Source: a virus
Taxonomy: Duplodnaviria > Caudoviricetes
Direction: 5' to 3' (one strand)
DNA length: 48,204 nucleotides
Virus record (IMG/VR): IMGVR_UViG_3300021185_001469
Coordinates: 1-48,204 of that record
Shown here piece after piece: positions 41,373 to 48,204 of this stretch. Both the position numbers and the translations under genes were made by a program. The notes beneath the pieces are model-generated. The model ran no database searches. It worked only from the letters and a program-made list of their open reading frames with translations, and had not been told where the DNA came from. Each line of letters starts with the position of its first letter. Positions within the stretch are counted from its first letter, which is position 1.

Positions 41373-44300
41373 ACCTTTTAATGTCTTAATGCCAGCGGCA
41401 AATGCAAACGCTTGGGATCGAGTGCCAAGAGCCACACTTGTCGGAACAATCGTTTTAAATGCTGTGGGAGCAAGCGCATTCGCAACAACGGCTTTAATCA
41501 CCATCGGCGGTGTAACGGTGCTTACTGGCGCTTCTCTGGTCGGTTCTTTGATCATGTACGCTGTAACAAGCTGGGCTGCGAAAGCTTCAACGCCCAAGTT
41601 TGACCAAGGATCTATGAGTTCATCGGGGCTTTTGGTGAACGGTAGGGAAAGCGCCGCGCCTCAGCAATTTGTTTATGGCGAAATAAGAAAAGGCGGCACT
41701 GTTACATTCTACGAAAGCACGGGCGACGATAACAAATTTTTGCATCAAATTATTGTTTTGGCGGGGCATGAAGTTCACGACATAACAAATATTTTTATAA
41801 ACGATACGATCCAATCCCTCGATAGCAATGGCTTTGTCACCGATGCCGAATGGGATAGCAAAATTCGCGTTTATAAACATCTTGGAAATCAAACATCTGC
41901 AACTGATAGTTTTGCAAATGTGAGTGGGAAAAATCTTGCCAACACATTGATTGCGGATAGCGAGCTAACTGGTGATGATGCCTTAGATAGTAACTTTGTC
42001 GGCAAGGGGTTGGCTTATCTCTATGTCAGATATGAATATGACAGAGAAGTTTTTGCCAATGGATTGCCCATTGTCACGGCTACTGTCCAAGGGAAAAAGG
42101 TTTACGATCCTCGCGTTGGGTCACAGCAATTATCTAATCCTTCTACTTGGACATATTCAAACAATCCCGCTCTATGTATCGCAGATTTTCTTTATGCGGA
42201 ATATGGTCTTGATGACAGCCTCATCAATTATACAAGCCTTCAATCTGCGGCTAATGAATGTGATGAAGATGTTGCCCTTACTGGCGGCGGCACACAGAAA
42301 AGATATAGGCTTGACGGTGTTATAAGCGCAAATAGGCCAGTTGGCGGTGTTCTTGAGGATATGGTTACATCTTGCGCGGGAACATTGTTCTATGGCGCGG
42401 GGCAGTGGGTTCTAAAGGCGGGCGCTTATTCAACGCCAGTCAAAACATTTACAGATGATGATTTCCGAAGCGGCATCACCCTTGAAACCAAAATTTCAAT
42501 GCGTGACAATTTCAATGTTGTTCAAGGAACATTTATTGATGAGGCCGAGGGATATATTACGGGAGATTATCCACAGGTTTCAAACTCAACATTCCTTTCA
42601 GAAGATAATAACCAAGAAAGCATTTTAGACTTAAATCTTCCATTTACTGTAAATTCTACAACGGCGCAGCGGCTTGCGAAACTGACCTTATTGAGAGGTC
42701 GGGAGCAAATGAGTTTTAGCGCGGATTTTTCTACTGATGCTATGGAGGTGGAGGTTGGCGACATCGTTCAGCTAACCCATGCCAGATATGGATTTACGAA
42801 TAAGCTTTTTGAGGTTCTTTCTTGGCAGCCAAAAGTTCGCGACGAAGATGGCGCTCTTTTAATATCTATGAGCCTTCGAGAAACATCTCAAGCCGCATTT
42901 GATTGGAACTCGGCAGACGCAACGGCAACGACAAATCACAACACTGTTGTTCCAGATGGTTCTACAAATTCAACGATTGGAAGCATCACCGCAACCAATA
43001 CGGGATTTGAAGATACGGATGGCACATTTGTTCCCAGAATAACCTTGGATTGGCCTGATGCGGCAGGGGGGAACTTCTCCCATTATGAGGTCGCACATAA
43101 GCTTTCTACTGATAGCGATGCCCTTTATGAAATCATGACACTCACAAGTAGTGTGGTTTCTCTGACTGGATATAAAGCGGGCGTTAGCGTCAATTATAAG
43201 ATCAGGGCTGTTAATGCTTCGGGCATTGCTGGCGCATATACAAACGTGGGATCTATAACCGTTGGCGGCGATACCATAGCGCCATCAGCGCCAACTTCTT
43301 TAAACGCAAACGGAATATTCCGCGCCGTTTCTCTAAGCTGGACAAATCCAACGGCAAAAGATCTTTCTCACATAGAAGTATATCGCAACACCGTAAATAA
43401 TAGCGGGAGCGCCACAAAGGTCACAGAAACCAATGCAGAGTATTTTGTTGACAGCCCTTTAGCGGGAAACACTGCTTTTTATTATTGGCTCAAGGCTGTG
43501 GATTTCACTGGCAACTCATCTGGATTTTCTTCTGGGGCAAACGCTACCACAACGTTTATTTCCAGTTCAGATATTCCAGCCAATACAATCACCGAAACAG
43601 AAATTGCCGATAACAGTATTTCAACGGCTAAGATCCAAGCGAACGCAGTTGATACCAACGAACTTAATGCGGATGCGGTTACTGCTGGAAAGATTTTAGC
43701 TGGATCAATAAATTCAGCGGCTATCGCGGCGGGGGCTATTTCTACTGAAAAGCTTGAGGCGGGAGCGATAACCACGGCAAAGCTTGATATTGACGAAGCT
43801 CTTTCTTTGTCTGGCCCAACATCAGGGTTTCTTGCGGGTCGAACATCCCAATCAGACTTTGGAACTGATGGATTTTATATCGGCAGAACTTCTACGACAG
43901 GAAACGCGCCAACAGGGTTTCAGCTTTCCCATACAAGCCTCACAACCGCGAACCACCCTCAACTTAACAGCGGCACCGCACAAGCTGTGATCCATGATGA
44001 TATAACTGGTTTGCGGATCTATGAGCCTGTGTTTTATCAAAGGGGCAATGCAACAGGCAGTGATCAATTAATTACAACGGCGGGGAACGGAAACACCCTT
44101 TCTCTGGCGGCTGGTGAGGTTCATACAGTGACCTTGATCGGCGGCGGCGGCGGTGGCGGCTCTGGTTCAAACCAAGCAAACACAGGGAACACTGGGTCAC
44201 AGGGCGGCACTACAACAATTCAAATAAGTGGATATTCCTCTGGATCTTACAACGGGCCAAATTCTTACAGCGCAACAGGCGGGAATGGTGGATCTGGCGG

Positions 44301-45156
44301 GGCTTTACTTGGAACCACAACGGGGCAAACTGGTCATTCTTCAACATTTGGCGTTGGTGGCTCTGGCGGCGCTGGTGGAAGCAACCAAAGTAACCCAAAT
44401 TCTGGCTCGGCCCCTCCAAATACATCTTACGGCGCGGGCGGCGGCGGCGGTGGGTCTTTTGCAACAAACGACTATAGAGGTTTTGGAAATAGTGGCTTCG
44501 GGGATGGCGGTGATGGTGGATTTTCCGCATCCGCTGTGACGGTTACTTTTGATCTTACAAATTCAAATAACGCCGCAACCCTTAAGGCTAATAATATCGG
44601 CAGCGGGGGTTCAGGTGCTTCGGGCGTGAATGGAGGTGCGCCCTATGTTGGCGCGGGTGGCGGCGCTGGTGCTTCTGGTGTGGTGGCTGTAACAGGCGTC
44701 CTTGACGGATATATTCCAGTGACCCTTTCAACTCTATTAAACCAAACCCCGCCTTGGGATAGGGGCGTTGCGGCTGATAACAATTCTCCCATAACATTAT
44801 CCTCGGGTAGCAGCGGGGCTGTGATTGCTGGAAACGCAAATAACGGAACTTATTTCTCAGCACGTTTAACCAATGCTTCTGGGCAAGGCAGTTCAAATTT
44901 CACTGTGAACGGTTCTAATAGCTGGGTTAAGGTAAATGGGGCAAGCACTTTATCAAATCGGGCTTTTTCGGCTTTTGTTTCAAACAATTACGCGCAAGGT
45001 GGCTCAAGCACAACAAGTTTTAATTTGGCTGCAAGTTTCAACCAAGCAAATACCCTTGCATCTTTTGGCTGTACCGTTGAAGGTTATTTGGCGGCAGGTG
45101 GAAATATAAATGCTACTTACGGCGTGGGTTATGCAATTATATGGGATGACGCTTAA
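41362..45156 (+). CDS. Tail tip / central fibre (gpJ-like) with FN3 domains, 10-aa repeats and a Gly-rich C-terminal domain
   Basis: VYGE.R.GG, V.GKKVYDPR, YS.NPAL...D.L, GD.V.L; DT.APSAPT.L, YYW.KAVD..GN.S; TLIGGGGGGG. Confidence 0.9.
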   Translation: MKREPFNVLMPAANANAWDRVPRATLVGTIVLNAVGASAFATTALITIGGVTVLTGASLVGSLIMYAVTSWAAKASTPKFDQGSMSSSGLLVNGRESAAPQQFVYGEIRKGGTVTFYESTGDDNKFLHQIIVLAGHEVHDITNIFINDTIQSLDSNGFVTDAEWDSKIRVYKHLGNQTSATDSFANVSGKNLANTLIADSELTGDDALDSNFVGKGLAYLYVRYEYDREVFANGLPIVTATVQGKKVYDPRVGSQQLSNPSTWTYSNNPALCIADFLYAEYGLDDSLINYTSLQSAANECDEDVALTGGGTQKRYRLDGVISANRPVGGVLEDMVTSCAGTLFYGAGQWVLKAGAYSTPVKTFTDDDFRSGITLETKISMRDNFNVVQGTFIDEAEGYITGDYPQVSNSTFLSEDNNQESILDLNLPFTVNSTTAQRLAKLTLLRGREQMSFSADFSTDAMEVEVGDIVQLTHARYGFTNKLFEVLSWQPKVRDEDGALLISMSLRETSQAAFDWNSADATATTNHNTVVPDGSTNSTIGSITATNTGFEDTDGTFVPRITLDWPDAAGGNFSHYEVAHKLSTDSDALYEIMTLTSSVVSLTGYKAGVSVNYKIRAVNASGIAGAYTNVGSITVGGDTIAPSAPTSLNANGIFRAVSLSWTNPTAKDLSHIEVYRNTVNNSGSATKVTETNAEYFVDSPLAGNTAFYYWLKAVDFTGNSSGFSSGANATTTFISSSDIPANTITETEIADNSISTAKIQANAVDTNELNADAVTAGKILAGSINSAAIAAGAISTEKLEAGAITTAKLDIDEALSLSGPTSGFLAGRTSQSDFGTDGFYIGRTSTTGNAPTGFQLSHTSLTTANHPQLNSGTAQAVIHDDITGLRIYEPVFYQRGNATGSDQLITTAGNGNTLSLAAGEVHTVTLIGGGGGGGSGSNQANTGNTGSQGGTTTIQISGYSSGSYNGPNSYSATGGNGGSGGALLGTTTGQTGHSSTFGVGGSGGAGGSNQSNPNSGSAPPNTSYGAGGGGGGSFATNDYRGFGNSGFGDGGDGGFSASAVTVTFDLTNSNNAATLKANNIGSGGSGASGVNGGAPYVGAGGGAGASGVVAVTGVLDGYIPVTLSTLLNQTPPWDRGVAADNNSPITLSSGSSGAVIAGNANNGTYFSARLTNASGQGSSNFTVNGSNSWVKVNGASTLSNRAFSAFVSNNYAQGGSSTTSFNLAASFNQANTLASFGCTVEGYLAAGGNINATYGVGYAIIWDDA

Positions 45157-45169
45157 ATAAGGAAACAAG

Positions 45170-46018
45170 ATGTTTTTTAAAAAGTTGCAGAAGCAACCGA
45201 CTATCGTTTTTCGCTGCCGCCCCGATATGATGGACGCCATACCAAGGCCAGCAAAATCCCCAAAGTTTTTGCCAGACTGGTTCAAGGTTTTGCCAAAGGA
45301 TTTAGAAAATTCTGGCCCCGCTGATGTTGGAACCATTAAGCGTTGTATTCCAGTATTAGAGGCTTGCTCACAGGGTTTTATCATTCCCTTGTGGGGGGAT
45401 TTGCACGTTAAGATTACAGTAGTTTACAAGCTTTTAGATAAAGACGGAAAACTCATTGCGGCGGTAAATGATGATAAAAAGCCTGACCTTATAGGAAAGA
45501 CTGTTGAAGGGTTTGAGGTTGCTAGTATCGAAGAAGATGGAAAGCATATTTGGTGCAAGTTTCCAGAGGGCTTTGATGGAGGTGCTGGCGCGGATATAAC
45601 CAAGCACACATGGGAACAGGTTGGCGAGGCTTGTGATTTAAAAAACTTTTCCCTTGGAAAGGTTCTATTAAAATTCTCCAATCCTTGGGTGATCGAAACA
45701 GAAGATGGCTGGTCTTGTCAGTTTAAAAATCCTGCTAACAACTGGCAGCATAATATTGAAATCATCGAGGGCGTTGTTGATACGGACACTTATCACCAAC
45801 AAATAAATTTTCCTTATGTTTGGACGGGAAATAAGGTTGGAGAGTGGGTTATACCAAGGGGAACGCCATTGATCCAAGTCATTCCCTTTAAGCGTGAAAA
45901 GATAAAAATGGGGATTGGCGTATATGATGTTAAGAAAATTGCAAAAGTCCACGCACTATTAGGTTCAACCTTTAAGGAAAGATATAGGCGTTTTTTTTGG
46001 CATAAACGTTCTAAGTAG
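45170..46018 (+). CDS. DUF6065-like conserved phage protein (paralogue of 2719-3504)
   Basis: FLPDWFK, TIKRC.P...A...G.IIP, KF.NPW, VVDTD.Y...INFP, GTPL.QVIPFKRE. Confidence 0.72.
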   Translation: MFFKKLQKQPTIVFRCRPDMMDAIPRPAKSPKFLPDWFKVLPKDLENSGPADVGTIKRCIPVLEACSQGFIIPLWGDLHVKITVVYKLLDKDGKLIAAVNDDKKPDLIGKTVEGFEVASIEEDGKHIWCKFPEGFDGGAGADITKHTWEQVGEACDLKNFSLGKVLLKFSNPWVIETEDGWSCQFKNPANNWQHNIEIIEGVVDTDTYHQQINFPYVWTGNKVGEWVIPRGTPLIQVIPFKREKIKMGIGVYDVKKIAKVHALLGSTFKERYRRFFWHKRSK

Positions 46019-46081
46019 ACGGCAACCTGCTTTGATGTTATATTCGGGGCGCATATGCACTTTCATTAAAGGAGGCCAGTC

Positions 46082-46453
46082 ATGGCAACACTTGGAGATC
46101 GGGTCTTTGATAATGGCCTCACCGTCCTTGATACAGAAGCCAATAAAATTTTGGTAACATCTCAAGAAGCAACGACTTTCACAGAAGCAAACGCGACTTA
46201 TGCTTTGGGCAATTCAACAAGCCTTTCAATCAATGCCCCTGCGGATCGAACAGGCGGCGGTCGCAAGGTTACTGTTGCGGCTATTTCTGATGGCTCTATT
46301 ACGGCGACAGGCACGGCAACGCATTATGCGATTGTTGATACAACAAACAGCCGTTTGCTCGCCACTGCGGCACTCACTGCCTCTCAGAGTGTGACGAGCG
46401 GCAACACTTTCACCTTGGCTACATTTGACATAGGTATCCCAGACCCATCTTAA
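46082..46453 (+). CDS. Small structural protein
   Basis: AGGAGG RBS; Thr/Ala-rich beta protein with TGTATH.A..D and GN.FTL..FDI. Confidence 0.8.
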   Translation: MATLGDRVFDNGLTVLDTEANKILVTSQEATTFTEANATYALGNSTSLSINAPADRTGGGRKVTVAAISDGSITATGTATHYAIVDTTNSRLLATAALTASQSVTSGNTFTLATFDIGIPDPS

Positions 46454-46476
46454 TAATTTAGCTTGGAGGTCGGCTT

Positions 46477-48204
46477 ATGGCTCTTGTTGTAAAAGATCGT
46501 GTAAAAGAAAGTTCCACAACAACGGGAACGGGAACTTACACATTGGCAGGGGCCGAAACTGGCTTCCAAAGCTTCGCAGCGATTGGTAATGGGAACACAA
46601 CCTATTACGCCGCCGCTGCGGTTGATGGATCGGGATGGGAGGTTGGAATTGGTACATATACCGCTTCGGGAACAACTCTTGCCCGAACAACCATTCTTTC
46701 ATCTTCCAATTCAGATAATGAAGTAAGTTGGGGCGCGGGGGAAAAGCTTATTCTCTGCGTCCAACCCGCCGATAAGGCGAATATGCTAGACGCGAATGGA
46801 AAGGCCACAGGAACGGCTTTTTCTTCCCATGTAGATTTAAACCCAGTATCAGCCCCAACGCACTCAGAGGGCCGTGTATTCTACGACAGCACCCGCGACA
46901 GCCTAGCATATTATAATTCAAACAGCGCCATGACCATTCATGCGGGTCAAGATACTGTTTTGCGCGTTTATAATAACACTGGTTCGAGCATTGCTGCGGG
47001 TTCAGCGGTATATCTCACTGGGGAAACTGGCGCGGTTCCCACGATTGCAAAAGCAACGGCATCAGGAACGATTGACCAAGCTTATGCAATCGGGGTTTTG
47101 CCGACAGCTATCGCAGATAGCGCTTATGGGTTTGCGGTTACTGGTGGAATTGTTTTTTTCGATACGAGCCATCTTACAGCGGGCGAGCGTGTCAATGTGG
47201 GAACAACGGCTGGATCAACGCAAGTTGATGCTCCTAGCTATCCAAATTTTGCAACAGACCTTGGGCTTTGCTTGCTCGCTTCTTCCTCGAATGGATGCGT
47301 TTATATTGAGGTAGAACATCACGCTTTCGAGGTTTTGCGCGTAACGGGCAACAGCCATTTCGGCGCAGACGTTACGGTTGCAGGGGATTTGACGGTTCTT
47401 GGAACCCAAACCGTTGCTGACAGTAATAATATCGCTATCTCTGGCGCGTTTAATTATTTAAATCGTGGTGATAGCATCGGAGACACCAACACAGGTTTCT
47501 CAGGAACTGGATTAGATGATGGCGTATATACTGGTCATTATACGGGAACAGCTTCTAATAAGGTTTACTACGTTCAGATTGATAGTTCTCATGGAAGCGA
47601 TGACACTTTTAAATGGTCAAACGATAACTTCACAACAACGGTTGCGGCAAACGTTGCGATAACGGGAAACGATCAGGCTCTTTCAGATGGAATTAGCATC
47701 AAATTTAACGCCGCAAGCGGCCATACGGTTGGCGATAAGTGGACGGGAACGGCAAATCCTACCAACGTTGACACAGGTGTATTTTCAAACCGCAATACAG
47801 GAACGAGCGGCGTAGGCTTTACTCATGTGGGTTGGTTCTTCGATGTATCAGACGGGCAGTTTAAGTTTCTTAGCGCCTATGCACCAAATCCAAGCGGCAC
47901 TATTGATCTTACTGATAGCTCAGTCGTTTATGCCACCATTAAGGCTGGAACCTTTGTCGGCGCTTTAACGGGGGCGGTAACTGGAAATGTCACCGGAAAC
48001 TTAACTGGCGATGTTAGTGGATCTGTCACTGGAAACGTTACGGGAAATTTGACTGGCAACGTGACGGGCGATGTCACAGGTGATTTAACTGGCGCGGTCA
48101 CAGGGAACGTCACAGGAAATTTATCTGGAAATGTCACATCAACAGGAAGCAATAGTTTTGGAACGGTTGCGCTTGGTGATTGGACAATAACAGAAGATGG
48201 CAAT
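46477..48204 (+). CDS. Tail fibre-like structural protein, N-terminal part (about 609 aa with 1-712; absent from the ORF track because it runs off the end)
   Basis: GGAGG RBS; [20 protein letters not shown]...WEVG.GTY; open to the window end. Confidence 0.88.
   Translation, partial: MALVVKDRVKESSTTTGTGTYTLAGAETGFQSFAAIGNGNTTYYAAAAVDGSGWEVGIGTYTASGTTLARTTILSSSNSDNEVSWGAGEKLILCVQPADKANMLDANGKATGTAFSSHVDLNPVSAPTHSEGRVFYDSTRDSLAYYNSNSAMTIHAGQDTVLRVYNNTGSSIAAGSAVYLTGETGAVPTIAKATASGTIDQAYAIGVLPTAIADSAYGFAVTGGIVFFDTSHLTAGERVNVGTTAGSTQVDAPSYPNFATDLGLCLLASSSNGCVYIEVEHHAFEVLRVTGNSHFGADVTVAGDLTVLGTQTVADSNNIAISGAFNYLNRGDSIGDTNTGFSGTGLDDGVYTGHYTGTASNKVYYVQIDSSHGSDDTFKWSNDNFTTTVAANVAITGNDQALSDGISIKFNAASGHTVGDKWTGTANPTNVDTGVFSNRNTGTSGVGFTHVGWFFDVSDGQFKFLSAYAPNPSGTIDLTDSSVVYATIKAGTFVGALTGAVTGNVTGNLTGDVSGSVTGNVTGNLTGNVTGDVTGDLTGAVTGNVTGNLSGNVTSTGSNSFGTVALGDWTITEDGN
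47595..48204 (+). repeat. Terminal direct repeat, copy B
   Basis: Aligns without gaps to 1-610. Confidence 0.95.

Larger units (their letters stand above)
1..48204. mobile_element. Near-complete tailed dsDNA bacteriophage genome (siphovirus-like, HK97-fold capsid), about 47,594 bp circularly permuted
   Basis: Complete, ordered set of terminase, portal, protease, capsid, neck, tail, tape measure, tip, lysis and replication genes; ends overlap (1-610 = 47595-48204); no host genes. Confidence 0.97.

Overview
The window appears to be an essentially complete ~47.6-kb circularly permuted dsDNA tailed-phage genome (HK97-fold head, long non-contractile tail, siphovirus-like). Positions 1-610 repeat at 47595-48204 as a diverged allele. 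The likely host is a marine alphaproteobacterium (GTA-like tail genes, SleB hydrolase, GANTC avoidance, alphaproteobacterial-style promoters). Layout: tail fibres and a fibre-modification module (46.5 kb through the junction to 9.5 kb), lysis (9.5-12.5 kb), leftward early and recombination genes (12.8-20.2 kb), lambda-like replication genes with iterons (20.6-21.8 kb), packaging and portal (21.9-25.8 kb), a second leftward early island (25.8-29.6 kb), then head and tail genes (29.7-46.5 kb). I saw no integrase, repressor, DNA polymerase, tRNA or CRISPR array. The most striking feature is an apparent animal-style collagen modification system. A 109-triplet collagen fibre has 24 lysines, all in the Y position of 12 GxKGQKG motifs. 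It is followed by three 2OG-Fe(II) oxygenases, an FkbM methyltransferase and one polypeptide fusing a COLGALT-like GT25 domain, a PLOD/LH3-like glycosyltransferase domain and a PLOD-like lysyl hydroxylase domain. Other notable items: a dnaX-type slippery site at the end of the portal domain, a MuF-metallopeptidase with a small downstream gene, a cupredoxin-like domain inserted in the tail-completion protein, a five-copy promoter/operator motif and mirrored leader elements at the divergent control region. All family calls were made by eye from motifs, not from database searches.
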